64,000 bases of DNA from Ptychomitrium polyphyllum (taxonomy: Eukaryota), in NCBI GenBank assembly GCA_973851085.1, contig OZ316775.1, positions 2,790,001-2,854,000 on the forward strand, written 5' to 3'. The position numbers and the translations under genes were made by a program. A model generated the notes under the pieces. It had not been told where the DNA came from and made no database searches. It saw only the letters and a program-made list of their open reading frames with translations. This document shows, piece by piece, positions 12,935 through 28,176 of the stretch (positions within the stretch are counted from its first letter, which is position 1; the number at the start of each line of letters is the position of its first letter).

Positions 12935-15900
12935 TCAGTCGAAGTCCTCATATGCTGATGGTGCATCGGTTACGTCTGCCTCGCTGTGTGATGATGTTGC
13001 CTCTGCAGAGTGTTGTATATTGTCTTTCAATTGTCCTGACAATGTTCCAGAGATGCCATAAGTAAGGAGTAGTTGCACCTTCCAAAACAAAAGCTAATCA
13101 AGAAACAAACATTTGGAATATCAAAAACATGCAAAGAAACTTGTGTTCAGGAACCATACTTCTACCTGTTACATGGAGGCCATCAAACCAACAAGATGGT
13201 AGATTGAAGAGATATACACTCAAATAATGCTCACCTTTTGGAATACGGTCAATCTTGTGATGTTTACGTGCTTGTAGTCTAAGTAGTTTTTTCGCCTTAG
13301 TAATATTAGATTGAGCTCGAGGGGACCTTGCTGAGTTTGCCGTGTTCCCATCGTCGTCACTACTAGAGCTGCGTTGTTCTAAATCCAGCTCTTCACCCCT
13401 CCTTGTACGCAGAACTAGAGCTTTTGCTTTTCTTCTTTGCAGATTAAATAGACCACGAATAGATGACACAAATCCTTCGCCTGCTCGATCACTCTGTCTC
13501 CGAGGTCTCAGTGGAAACTGATCCGTTGCCTCTTGACTGCCTATACTGTCATCCGAGCTATCATCGTAATCCTCATCATTGGGTCCTGGATGTGCGGGCA
13601 GTTTGTCTTTAAACTTCTTGCCCTGCAGTGAAACTGAAACGTGAGTGCTATATTGGGTAATGATTTTTCTCGAAATTCAAGTTTAACAAAAATTGCCCTA
13701 CCTGCTTAAAATCAATTTCAAACTTCCCAGGGTCAACGTTAGCCAGCCACTCTTGCCTCCCACTTCTTTCAAGGTGTAAGAAAACAAGTAACCGGAGCTA
13801 TCATCTTGCTGTAGAGTTTTAATAATAGTCAGCTCCATCTTGTACAGCATCACAAACTCTCTATGGAGATAAACTAAAAGTCCTACGCCGGTGGCTGAAA
13901 GTGGATAAGAACTGAAAATTTCATCACCAATCAGCACCAGCAATAAAATCAGTGCCATCTCGTGAGAAACCGTAGAGGTGTAGAGTTCCATCCACATACC
14001 TGCATACCAGTAACGGACTTGAGAACGCTCCAGATGATGTGCTTCTTAACCTTGGAGAAGAGACGACGCCAACTGCCCGTAAGCTCTACTAGCAAGAATG
14101 TGTCCATGAGAAGACGAAGGTCACTAACAGCAAACCTAGATCCTTCATATGTCACCAGTAGCTCTACCTGTGCATGTTATTTCAACAGTAAAGTATTACC
14201 ATCACAGATTTAACGAGAGTTCGAAACCAGATGCAAGATGCAAATAAATTTTCACATGGCAAGTCAAAGGCTACTTGCTATCAAAACAAATTAAAAACCA
14301 GACAGTGATGCACAAAGTCTATACAAATTGGCTCAACTGAACTGTATTAACAAACAAAGAAGGGTTATGACTATAGCATAAACGTGGTAAAAAATCAGTA
14401 GAGTTTCAATAGTAAATTTACATGCTCTCGGTATGAGTAATGTCATGGAAATTACCTGACTGATTTTGATATTGTGGAACTCCATCATACTACTCTTTTT
14501 CTTCATCTCCTTTTTCTCTTCCACAACTGTAGATTTCACCATTTTACTAACCTTTCGATCCCTATTTCTTACAGAACCACCATTGTCACCAGTGGTAGGG
14601 CCGTTCGGTGGCATCCCCCCTGTGATCAGTACATCCTGGCGTGAGGTAATAGACACGGTAGTGCGTACTGCAGACCCGTGTTTACTCGTCTTTACTACTA
14701 CCTCCTCGCTTACCATATCAACTTCAGGTTCTTCAGATCGATCCAGGGACAAAGCTTGCCCCTGCTCAACGTTGATTGCAGCATTCATCTTTCGTGTTTT
14801 CTGCAAAGCAATAGGCTGTATTAGAATATATAAAATACCCCCGCAGTTGAACGAAGACCTGCTGTAGTATATTTTGTCGGCAATTAGGACAAAGGTCAGA
14901 CCAACAACACAATTAGTAAAACATGAGATACTTGTTAATTTTATCTAGGTTCAGATTCACACTACATCGATTAGAGGCATCTCTGCAGCACTATGAGCCT
15001 CCTCGTCCTTTAAGTCATAGTTGTGCAAGATCCTTGAAGGCTGGACATTCATTGACTGGATTAAAATGCTTAAGTCATATATTTGAAAATATCAGATCAT
15101 AACAGCGCCTAGATAAGTATAGATTCATCACTGATAAATAGATTTGGAGTGAATTGAAAACAGAATATAAATATTAGCTGCATCTTAGAAGAATCGTTGT
15201 CAATATGTCTTGCAGACTACTTGAGTAAGAAACACTCAGCTGGTTTGATCAAGTAGCCTCGAAAGACAACATGTCACATAACATATAATATGTGAAATTT
15301 ATGTCAAGTCATTGAACCTGTTTCCATAAAAAATACCTCTACAGCTTGAGTAGTCATCGATAAGTCGACATGAGACTGTAAATCAAGAGGAAGACCATGT
15401 AGTGAATGCGGCGCTAGAGGCAACCCAGAACTCAATAGACCACCACGGGAAGAAGTGGGAGCAGATTCCCAGCTCCGTTCCAACGGGGTGCTACCTCGAG
15501 ATCTACCTCGCTTCCCAGCTACAGCAGTTGATACCTTCCACACTTCCTGTGAAGTCTGTTACAAAATAGAAGATACTTAGAATATCAATTAAGGAAGCAG
15601 CAGTTTTACATATCAGGTCAACTTCATTGTGGACGCAGTCAGTAAGATACCCTGCAATTCACAATCAGTTAAAAGTGGATACCCATGCATGTGATGTTTC
15701 TTGATATAAATGCTCTAGAATAAGACTCCTAGTGAAAGTCATTTTCATTTTACAAAAAACATTTATAACTTGATTATTGGTACTACGACAGGAGGTATCA
15801 AGGTAAAGCAGTCATGAGCATATATGAGGTCGTGAAAACAGGGAGTACAAAAGCTTATGAAAGGAAGTTTGTCTTCACCGCAACGATGGGTTTCAATCAG

Positions 15901-18900
15901 TAAAGATGTGAAGAAAGGTGCAAAAGTGTGACAGGAGCAAATAAAAAAGGCTAGAAAACTCCCAGAGACTAAATCAATAGTTTTGAAGCATGAGGGCAGG
16001 GAGTCAATAACCTGGCGTTTCACATCTTGCTCATCACCTGGGAAAAGATAATCCCATAACTTTCTGTACATGGTCTCCGTTAAGTAAATGCGCAGAGGAT
16101 ATATACTGACCTGTACGACATTAAGAAGCATAAGAAACTAATCCGAGCCAAAGGTCCAGTCAATTCCAACTGCCATTAGAATAGTGATCAAATTTAATCA
16201 AACTTTCAGTGTTTTCTTAAACAAACATAAATGCATAGGACCATGCTGCAATTAGCTAATGTCGGGTAGCATTAAAAAGAGTCTAATGAACGGCAAAGCA
16301 ACCCACTTCAAAAAATTCCAACGGGGACCTCCCATCCTTTGGTGCAGTCTGTTTTGCATCGACACGAAGCATGGAATTTCTGCAAACAGGTGGTAAGAGG
16401 GTCAGTTTTCTATTCATCGTGCAAAATATGCTCGTGCAAAATTCCATTTAATCGGCATCAAAAGAGTGGCACAACACAATCGAACACACAGCAAAAAAAC
16501 AAACAGCAGACACGTATCAGTGGACAAGCCATAACAAGAGTCTACCTTCCCCATTCTTTTGGAGGATTCCAAGCTGCAAGCACTGTATTTGACTTTGCAT
16601 TCTGTAACCCATTCCTCACTACAAAGGACTTCACCGTAAATTTTGCTACTCCAATGTCTTTAAAATCTCGGTCAACATTCAGTACCTGCAGATCATTTCC
16701 ACCCTCTGGATAAGCTCAAGAAGAATACGAATATAGAATAGAGCTCTAACATGATGGAACACGTTGAGGCTAGAGGCAGGAAACTTGGTTTACAGAAAGA
16801 GTTGAGAGCCAATGTTCAATTCAATGAATAGCATCAGTAAGCCGTGGTCCTAGAGCAGCCATAAAGATATTTGAACTGCTAAATGAGATGAACTCCACCA
16901 GGTACTACATCAGTTTAAGTTGGAACTAAATATACGGAAAGTGCAAACAAAGAGACATACCATGTTGTTTATTTCTGCATCAGCAAAGGATTCGCCGTCA
17001 CAAAGCATTTGCCAGGCAAGCTTGTTGAAGACCCAAGAGATACGCATTGCAGCTGAGGGAGTCTTGTTTTTTTCTTTCATCATTAATTGTTGCTGTGCTG
17101 CTCCCTGCAGAGCTTTTCGCAGAGCTTTTCGCTCTAATTTTATAGCGTTCCTTTTTAAATTAAGTCCAGCCTCCAACTTAAGAGCCTACTCCCATAAGCA
17201 TATCCACAGGTTCAGTATATATACTGTGCTAAACATACGATGCAAAAAATTACTCCTTATTAGAAATTGGCTTTACTCTTTCTAAACAAAACACGGATTC
17301 AATGAAAATTATTGGCATGTGAGAAATAGCTATTAAATATACAAGTTTGTACGTCTTAGACTCTTACGTCTGACTTATCCTCACCACCAGCTTACCAAAG
17401 TAGATCTGTGACTCGATATCATCCAAAGACAATCATCATCTGCTGTGGAAGAATCGAAGGAACCAAAGTCGTCACTCAAATTATGATTACGAAGAGTGCG
17501 AAGATCACGAAAGAGGAGACGACATTCTCGTTGAGCTTGCTCCAATCTTATTCGTGCTAGCTCCACTTCCTCTATTCCATCTGGAACTACTTCATCTGCC
17601 TCTTCTTCCTCTCCCTCTTCTTCAAAATGCCTATTCTTTCTTCGTCTGTATAAACAAAAAAAACGAAAGTCTTTAGCTTAATAAGTTTGGCTCCATTTGA
17701 TGACCTCAGAAACCAGATATTACTTCTGTTCGGCCTGATCTGATTTCACATTGACATTAAAGGCCGTATAAACCATGTTGCGATGTACACACCTCTAATG
17801 AAATTTGAGATTAATTTCTTCTCAAATCCACAATGCCTTCTTTTCCATTCGAGGTAAAGCCACGAAAATACAGCAAACATCAACTATAAAGTGCACATGA
17901 TTCTAATTACCATAAAGTGTGTTCGAAGAAGAGTATGATGTGAAATCTGTAAAAGAATTGAAAAGTTGGCAAACAGATGATTATTTAAAACTACGTGAAA
18001 CTTACTTTGGGAGTCTAGCGAGAAGCAAATTGGTGATGACTGCCCCCATGATCTGAAATTGTCGAGATGTCATGGTTGCAGTAATATTTGGGGAGTTGAA
18101 GGACAGTTCCTTTAGAGGCTTCACCTGCACAGTAGGAGCTCGGACCACATCACCTTAGACGAACTTCGAATTTAGAATACTTCTTTGAAGATATTCTCAC
18201 AAAATGGATATTCTATGATGGTGACGTCACATGAAGGTATCACATACAAGGCAATGACGTATAGTTCAACTAGATCAAAAACTAAAATTGACAGCGCAAA
18301 GGTGAAAGAATATTCTCCAAAATGAAAGTAATACTCTTACAGCGCACACAACCAGGGTTGTATCCACAATGGTCTGTTACAGAAAGCCATGAAAATGCGA
18401 GCAAGAACATTGTGTGCATGGAGTAAAGTACTACGACCTTGCTATCTGTGGTGCCGCCCTTCTGACGAGTGTACTGAAAATACATGCTGCAGGGCATAAA
18501 AACCCGCTCAAGAAGGGTTCCAGTTCGCTTTTTCTTGGGGGCACCAGTTGGAATTCTGGGTAACCACTGTAGTCCGGCGCCAGGGTCTACGTCTGTGGGG
18601 GCTATATGAGCTTGAACATGCTCTAAGATGACCGAAAGCTCCCGTCGCTTCCATTCAATTACAGGAGATCCACCTGATTGAGTAGATGTTCTACCTGAAC
18701 CCACATGCCCCAACGCTTCACCTCCCAGAAACACAATAGAATCGAATGAGCGGGCCAGCACACGTCCACTTGCTGCTGCTAATAACAGACGCCCCTGCAC
18801 ATGCACAACGTTACCAAAAGGTGAGATAATTTGCGCAAGCACACAGAATCCGTACCTCATCAAATAATCACATACTATTCCTACCAACGAAACATGGACA

Positions 18901-21900
18901 AGACATTAAGAAACAAAATACGATAGCATGTGAACATGATGAATCAGTAAAAATAAGTTAAGACCAAAGAGCAATCTTAACCTCCAATCAGTTCCACACT
19001 AGCATATTTTAGTAATTTTGAACGAGTTAGTGTGGAATCAGAGACGTGCAACAGATAATTGGTAAGCAACCAAAAAGGAAAACTTCCATGCAAGAGCAGT
19101 TACAGAAGTCAGACGCAAACTATGTAAGCGGGATACAGACATTGGCATCTTCCGAATCAAGGTTGAACTGAGGCTGGACGACGTTAACCATGAAGTGCAT
19201 TGAGCCTTCACCGTCCTCTTCAACTTCTTCCGGCAACTTCTCTAAGACTGCAAATATCTCCACCATATGGCACTCAGCACGCAATTTCTGAAAACCTTCT
19301 TATCTATCACTAGAAAAAATAACACAAACGCTGCCACAAATAAACCATCACAGAGCAACCTAATACTGATGAACCTATCCACCTACCAAAATTATACATC
19401 CATAGAGTTACTCCAAATACTATCTCTACAAAAAAAAGGCACTATTACTACTTCCTAGAGTGATTTCGAAACAAGCACCTAGAAACCAATCAAACGTGAA
19501 CGTGCAAGATCGTCTATACCATTTACATGAATTGGTGGATTCTCCCCTTTTCGAGTGGGCGAGGAAGGGACACTTGAGGAGGCTTTCTGTAGCAATATAA
19601 GTTCAGTATCAACGCCATCTTTCTCATCTTTCTCAATCTTCTGCTGCTCCTCCGTCCTCTTACGTTGGGCATATTGCCTAGAAGGAGAAGGTTTAGGGTG
19701 CTCAAAAGCATGACCCAGTTCTCCCACCCATGCCCATACAGCATCCCTGTTTGCAATATTCCAGAGTAGCTTGAATCCATACAAGGAAACGCGTAAACAA
19801 TTATCAGCCAGCACAGCACTAAATCCATCGTCATCACTTGGATCGGAGCGCAAATCACTTTCACTACCATGCTCCACAGATGTAAGCCGCATCGCTTCCA
19901 CACGAAGATGTCGTCTAGCTGCTTCTTGCCAAAAGGAAAGGCGAGCTGAGTCGGCCTTTGGGGCCTGTTTCCGAATTGTAAGACAATCTGTGCTCAGTAA
20001 GAACCCAAGACCACTTCCAGTGGCAGGATTTAAAGAAGCTCCATCCTCGTTACCTTCCGGGAGCCCAAGCAGCTGTTTCACCTTATCAGACTTTTGCAAT
20101 TCTTCAACAGCAACATTCTCATCCGCAGGAACAGGAGAAGAACGTTGGTTAAGCTCTGCTACCATCACATTAATATCCAATCCTTGATAAACAAGCTCCA
20201 ACGGATCACGCACCGTATCTATAGTAAAGTGGCCACGGCCCCGACTGTTACACATTTCATACTTAAGCTTCTGCATGAGGAAGGTCAGGCCCTCTGCAGG
20301 ATCGTCCTCCATAAGCGAGTAGTGCTTTATGCGGGTGGGGGATGAGTCCACTCTCAACATGAATTCCGTAAGGACTTTATCCAGGGAGAGATTTCCAGAA
20401 CGCGGAATACGAGGGGTATTAAATCGGTAAAATCTAGCAAAAGATCGTAGTTTATGTGGAGGCAGGTAAACAAGACTCCACCACTTGAAGATCCATATCA
20501 GGTCATGAGCACCTAGGTTAACGGTTGGAACCAGATCTGAAGTTCCATCTACTTTCTCATGACCAGAAGGTGATCCAGATCCTCGTAGAAGGCGCCATAT
20601 AGAGTTCTTAGCCTGAGGTTTCCTACTCGGATTGGTAACTTCCTCATTTGACTCCTCAGAATCCGACTTAAAACTAAAATTTAATCCTAAAGAGAAAGAA
20701 GTTGAACGGAATGGATCATAAACTAGATCCCGCAGCTTCCTCTCATTTGGGAGTGCATGTAGATAATGATGGAGAGGGCTCCCAGATTCACAATCCCAGT
20801 CCATGGTTATTTCTAACTGAAACACTGGAGTACTAAGAAATACAGGTGGTTTCTGGTTATGTATTGAAGAGTCCAGACCTTTGGCAAATGTCTCCAAACT
20901 GGTAACAATCAGACCAAAATCTTTACCGTTGAACACAACACACCCTTCTGATTGCTTAATATCCATCGTCTTAGCAACTAAACGCATATAATTGCTCTCC
21001 TCATAAGGATCTGTCGTTGCTGGAAATGTCCATTCAAAGTCGGTTGTATTCACGCTGTTGATTCCATGGACATAGTACCGCATGTCATCCCACCAAGGTA
21101 GACTTCGTTCTTTCTTCACAGGTGGAGGAGGCAAGGGAATTTCCTCGTACCACTTATGTCTGTAGACACTAATATCGGTTCTTCGCAGAGCCACTGAAAA
21201 GGCCCAGCTTACATCTGCAATAGCTGGTTCATGACCTACGCCGTAGCTTACTTTTGCAGTTTCCAGCTCAATCGGAAGTTCTGAGTAGAATTTCAAAGCA
21301 GGCGTTGAGCCACTGATGGAACGATGCACATTTACTCGTCGCCAACGTCCCAGGTAGACATCTTGCTGTACTTGAGGTGGAAATACCGTAGCCTGCAATT
21401 TGAATCAACATCAAATGTCGGAACCTCATAAAGAAGATTAGGATAGATATAACACTTAAATAATATGCATCTGATGGTAAGATCAAAAGAGATAATGCTT
21501 ATGGCTACATGTCTGAATTCCGAACACATTTCTCTAAACTAAACGCAGGCAAAATCTCCAGACAGATCTAGTACTCAGCATACATAATCTCGTAGCATGC
21601 GTAATTGCCATCTTCTAAGGAAAAACTTTTAAGAAAATCTTTGAATTTTTTTGGAAGAAGAGATACCTGTTGTGCAAGAACAACGACACCATCACACTGG
21701 CCCTGATCAGCGGACAATAAAGGTAGAGTATAGTCGCGAATGCGAACTATAAGGTTTGATGTGCGCACTAATAACTTTCGGCCCATGACTCTCGAGAAGG
21801 GGATTTGGGCATCTGGCTCTACACAGTCAAGCTTACGAACAATTTCAATCATGCCCTCCCGACCTCCTTCAACTTTGGTAAGAATAACCTCCAGGCTACT

Positions 21901-24900
21901 GGCGGAGATGGAGGCCAAGGACCGGCGTCTTGAGCTCGGTTTAAACCCTGCCTGTAATCCAACGTTAGCTTTCCCTGTACCTTCCTCTAAAACAAGCCTT
22001 TCACAAGCTTTGCGATATGCTTCAAAAGTCTGAATGTAGAGTTTATCTCTCTCCTGTTTAACAAACTCGGGATCAGATAAGCCTGTTTCCACAAGCTTAT
22101 GAAGAGCGCTGTTATTCTTTTCAAGCTCCTCTCCTTCTGACTGCGAGTGCTTATGTCCACTTTTACTACGCTCCTGGGAAACCTGTTCATCAAAGAGTTG
22201 CTCTCTGACTATCAGCTCACACACCTGCTTACGCAAAAGACGATGATGCTCATCAAACCAACCTTGAAGAGGCTCATCCTCGATCTCGGCTACTACGTCT
22301 CGCATCACCACTTTAATTTGCCGCAGCTGTGAGGATTTTGACTTCTTTGGTTTATTATCTACCGAGACTGGCACTCCCGCCCCAATTCTAAGTTTCTGCG
22401 CAGCCATGGCTAGTTTCAAGGCCCGAAACATGTCCTCATATGCGTCTTCAATCCCTCTTAATGGAAGACGAAACGGCATGACTATTTGAGTACCATTTGC
22501 TTGTATGACACAATCCCAGTAATTAGTACCAACCACTCCACTATTTCTTACAGCGTCATTCTGGCAAGTATTTTCATTTGCAAGTTCAGGCACGTAAGGA
22601 ATTCGAGATATCTGCAAGCGATCACTGCTTATAAGCAGCGCCTTGTTAAGAAACAACTTAGTATCTTCAGCAAGTAAACCAATTTGAGCATCTTCTGAGA
22701 AAATTGATTGAACCTGTAACTCCATTTCCGCGCCATCACCAATCTCAACTGTGAATATTAAACCCTCAATATCAATGGCTACCTCGACTTTGCTTTTAAC
22801 TAGTTTACTAGCGCTTTCAACATTTGACGTTTTTCCTGAAGTCAAAAACCCCTGTGCACTGCTGAGATTGTTTCGAAAAGACTTGCGCCAGTCCAGTAAT
22901 CTCTTGAATTGAAGCCCAACTTCGTGGAAGAATAAATGCAAGTCAGGCTCCCACCTTCCTGTAACATCATTAACACTAACCAACGCACAATTGCCTTTTC
23001 CTGAGCCCGGCGCCGTCGGCTGGTAAAGGACCTCGACAGTCTGAACACTAAATGCAGTAGTTTCAGCAAGAACTTTATCTCTGCAATCAACCTCCTCATA
23101 GAGCAAACGTCCACGTTCAACTTTAACGTTGACACCTTTGGGCTCTTTATCAAAGCACAAACTGAAGTGTATTAGCTCCAGACTAGCCCTGTATTTACTC
23201 CTAAAACCATCCCCACGCGCAACATATATGGAGGCTGTACGCAGAGAACCATCCTCCATCGTGGTCACAATAACCTCCCCACCTTGAGTGCCATAATTTA
23301 CCTTCTTTGGGTCAGGCACAATCATATCCTCCGCATGCAAAGAACCCGTCAGTTGAATAAGAAACCCTTCAAGACGCAATACAACTCTTTTTAATCCAGG
23401 CTTTTTAATCTTCGAACCACTACTGCTTACGCGCTTGGGCTTTTTGCCAGAAGCTAAAGATTTGAAATATCTCTCCATCACCATGAACGTGGAGAGAATA
23501 GACCGCACACGAGTTATGCTAAAATAGATTCCAGTTCCATGTGCTTCAAGAATTAAAGTCCGAATCTTTTCTGTTGAACTGTCTTCACCTGATTCAGAGT
23601 CTACGAGCCCCCACTCAACCACCACACGTGAAAGCCGCATCAAGCAACCTTTACAAGTTTCACCTCCAGATATAGATTCCCTTGAGAAACCATCTGTTTC
23701 CTCGGCCATACCAAACAAACACTCTCCTATCTCTCCATGGACTACCAACCCTTTACCTGATCTTGAGCTCAAAAACACATGCGAAGTTTGTGCGCTTACC
23801 TGTAAAATCAATCAAAGCACATAATTCAGCACTTGAGCACACTTATGGGAGACACCAGGATCATGCTGGGAACATAGAGAATCAAACATCCACGATTTTT
23901 ATGGCATCTATCACTGAGACATATGACAGTTTGTGAAATTACGCTACTACAAACATCTCAGCTTAACGTTGAGGAAAATTTCAAGCTCCTACACATAGTA
24001 ATAACGTGTCTATAATCAGCCCACTGCAGTTGAGGTGGTATATTGTTAGAGAAAACACATGGAACAGCTAGCAAACATTGTGAAATGTTACGCTACGATT
24101 TTTTTCACAATATGTAACAAGCTCAAAACCAAAGGGAAATAGAAAATACATTGTAGAGCGGCATGCCATCAAGGCTGTAAGCAACCAGTGTCAAGTCCGG
24201 CATAGAAAATGTGCAACCCCATAGCAACCTTCTCTTTGGCTTCTTGATAGTCACTGGTTTTGAGGGAAGACGCTCAGCTCCCGCTACATTGCTAGGTTTC
24301 TTCGAAACCCGCAATGCTAATTTCAGCCAGCAATCTACTGAAGCTGTCATTAAATTGCATTGGGTCCCTGCCAACTCGATCGCTACCTGGACCTGCACAG
24401 GCTTGCTGGCCTAGATACAAATGATATATATGCTAGAGTTAAAACACACCCATCATTTACGAGTATTCTTCAAAAAAGCGATGAACATAAGATTTGAAAC
24501 GGGAAATCATGAAACTGATTCTCAATCATACGCAACACTAAAAAATGTGTTCAAACCGATGCTCATTTAAAATAGATGATTATATGCTTTCAAAAAAGTC
24601 AGAAAGAGACGCAGATATATTTAGAAGCTAAAAGTAGAATGAGAACAAATGCATGATGACATATGTAAGAAAATAGTCGCCTATCAAAAATAATTCAAAA
24701 CGTTTCAATCAAAAGCAAAATAAACAAATAAATTAGAGGTTTCCAACGATAACCTGAACAAATAATTGACACTCAGACAAAAATATATAATTTGGTAACA
24801 GAGAAATATATTTTGAATTATTTGTCTTCATAATGTAGGTTGGTCTGAGTCAATAAATGACCATTTCGACTGATACCTTTTAGAAACAAGTGCACAATTA

Positions 24901-27900
24901 ATTCTGTACGCATTTCAACGACAATCGTAACCAAGCAGACCACCATCATAGACAGAACCTCACCTCAGCAGGAACTTCAAGAGAACCTGCCACTGCCACC
25001 TTCAATATCTCAAGGAAAGATTGATTGTTCTCCCGCAAGATCTGTGCCAAAAAACTCTTACTACCGGTATTGTGACATGCTTACTAAAGTGATTGACCTG
25101 AAATAGTTGTTGCAATGTGCACTATATACAGCAATGTAGGTGGCAGGTCAAACTAGTCTATAAAGGTTCGAAGTAGATCGTAGTATAAGTTTTGTAATCA
25201 AGACAATTACAAAAATTTGAATTGGCACTACTCACCATTATTTCTCCACAGTCCATATGAAGATCCATCTCAGAAGTAAGTTCTATAGATGGTGCTGTAG
25301 GCTGAACTCTATTTCCCAGCATCTGAATGCCAGTCACTACATTCTCCAGTACTCCTTCCTTGTAACTGCACTTCAGGCTCAACCTCGGCAGAGAAAAACC
25401 AATCTTCACAAGAGAAAGCCTAGATTAATAAAACAATTCTGTCGAAAACATATGCAGAGACTCTGCAAAAGTTGGCTGCAAAGCCACTTCATCCTAGAGA
25501 TTTTTTTATAGAAAACAGGAGAGCATTACATTCAAACTGAAATAAAGCCCACCCACCCACGGCTGCTGAGCTGTAATTGATAGTTTAATTTGATGGCCAT
25601 CGTTTACTGATTTATCATATTAAAATTCGATAGCTTGGACTTGGTGGAACAGGTATAAAGTTATCTTTGAAGACATTACAGAAGAGATATGGGTGAATTC
25701 CAGTTACTGGAATGGATAGTACACCTTTTCAGGAACCTTAACAACCCGTCCTTTGGGAGGCTCAGCAATCGCAGCTCTACTCACAGCAGCCGCATCAGCT
25801 TCCGAAGTTGTACAATTGTGCCCAGATTTCGATGCTTCAGCCACAGCCGCAGCAGTAGCATCAGTTTCTGAGGTATGGGAGATATGAACAGGCTCAGGAA
25901 TCGAAGAAAGTTCCGAAACAGATACCCCATCCACTTCACCTAAATCTCGTGCTGCTTTTGAGGCACTGAGACTTTGCATAAGACCAACTTCTCCAAAAAG
26001 CACATCCTCGCTTAAATCGATTGAAACGTCGCCACATATTACATCGAGCTGTTGAACCATAACCCCAGCTTCTCTAGATAAACATGTCAATACACACAGG
26101 ATTTAATTTTCAATTTCGGCATAAGTTTTAATCTCCGTTCTGCTCCGTTCAAATACACATCTCACAGAAAGTGATAAATACATGCGGATTGCCAGCACAT
26201 TTAATTCAACACCTCAAATAGTAGGACATCAAAAACCTCTTTTCCGTCCATCTGAACAAGTGCTCAGAAACTAGACAGTACGCTGAAGTAGATCTAATGC
26301 TCAATAGCACGATGTAACAAAGCATGAAAATTTGGAATACGTAAGTTATCTAATACTAGAAGATATGTTTAAGTTCCGGTACTTGCTTCAATATAGCAAG
26401 TTTACACTCATCGACAATCAGTTAGAACCAGTATGATATAAGGTAATCTACCAGTCAGAAAAATGCTATATGTATGTACGCTCAAATACTTACTCAACAA
26501 GTGTAAATAAAATAGATGCGGAATGAAGGAGCTAAGAGCAAGGGAGGTGTTATGTGTACCCGTCATGATCAAAGCTGCTGGACACAGTGAGCTGATCCAA
26601 CAAAAAAAGAACGCTTGGAGTAGCATCAATAAGCGGTGCAGAGGGAGACCGAGCCACAGAGAAAATCCGCTGTCGAAAACCAATCATGGGTCCGGAATTT
26701 TCACATCTTGAATGCCTTTCACCAAGGTAAATCGTGCATGGTTTGATGAACAACGTTGTGCCCAGCACGGTGGAAGCTACCTCCTGTTTGTACAAGTCCA
26801 ACTCCAAGTCCTTGATCTCCAAGGATAATTTTGGAATCTGTTCATCACAGAGCTGGTCTCAGAAATTGCATCACATAAAACAGAAAATGCAGTAATCCTG
26901 CAGCTGAAAAGTATATAAAGCCTCAAGAAGCAAATTATACAGATTTGAACTCGGAATAAAAAGTGAGCAAGTAGCTGAATACAGCAATATACAATCAGGA
27001 AATGACTGTCGTGATGAGCATGAATTTAAAACCAAGGCTTAAGGGCTCAAATAGAAAATGAAGAATGTAAAATTCTACCTCAGCATATTTCAGAACAAAC
27101 TCTGTTATTGAGAATTTCAAATACTTTGCTAAATTGGCGGTTACAATCCACTTCCTGCGCTCAGAAGTAGAATTTCTCTTGCTGCGAGGCTTTGCGGACT
27201 TTTTCTTGGTTCTTCCCGCACTCTTTTGCAAGACAATCTCCACATCCGAAATAAAGAGCTGAAATTTGTATTCTCGTAATAGCGCTGAGAGCTGCTTCCG
27301 GAAACTGAAACGAACTTCTCCAACGGCCAAAGATGCAATTGCCCCCTGCACAAAATAATAGTTTGCACCATAGATCTCATTTGCCACCATGAATCTCATA
27401 AATTACTGTTATAAACTAATGCGGTGCCCATATTAAACAATTCACTGATTCACCGCACAAGGCTTACCTTCCGAAACTGAACGGATACGTCTTTGAGCCT
27501 TTGAAAGCCTGCAAACCGAAAGCGTACTCGCGCACCGAGAACTCTGCTCGCTATCCATGCCAATAACTTGGCAGTGAAACTGCCAAAAAGGCCACAAATT
27601 TATATCAAAACCTAAAGTTCAGCTAACATTAATCAGGTCAACCTCGCGACACAATGGAGTTAATTGAACCTTGCAACGTATCAAACTAACAGCAGCAATA
27701 ATCAGCCCACCAAATACGGTGCCAATCATGTCTAGGTTTAACAAAAAAACAGATTCTGAAGCTGACTTTCAGAAAACGCCAAATCATTTCAGTGTGCAAA
27801 CATTACAGGTGCAAATTAAGTAGGTTAAGAAAGCCGTCTGCAGCAAGTTTTACGACCCACTAGGGTTAGAAAAGTAGGACAACCATCAGAGACGCTATCG

Positions 27901-28176
27901 AGATCACTGAGATCGCCGATTTTGCGCAATTTAATAACCCCTACAAGAACTGCGCGTAGCGATTCTTCAAAATGTTCATGCAATGCAGCTTGACCTGCTT
28001 CAATTCGACAAACAATTCCAGTAGCACTTCTAAATTCTATTTCTCTACATGACGACACTGTTCGACACAAATAGAACACGAAGAAAGGGGCGGAACGGTG
28101 CGTACTTGAAGACAAGCCATCCTACTGTGGTCACAACCAGAAACAGCCAGACGAATTTGTCCGGTGTGACCTCCAT
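12935..28176 (-). CDS. SABRE: SABRE/KINKY POLLEN-type bridge-like lipid transfer protein (BLTP2/Hobbit/FMP27 family), about 23 exons
   Basis: ATG at 28176 with N-terminal hydrophobic anchor MEVTPDKFVWLFLVVTTVGWLVF; family motifs SLPWWDDMRYYVHG, DPFRSTS, RSGNLSLDKV, VDPGAGLQWLP, WRRLFSKVKKHIIWSVLKSVTGMQ; ends SAYEDFD* at 12935; two giant exons (~21668-23800, ~19528-21392); introns inspected are GT-AG. Confidence 0.95.
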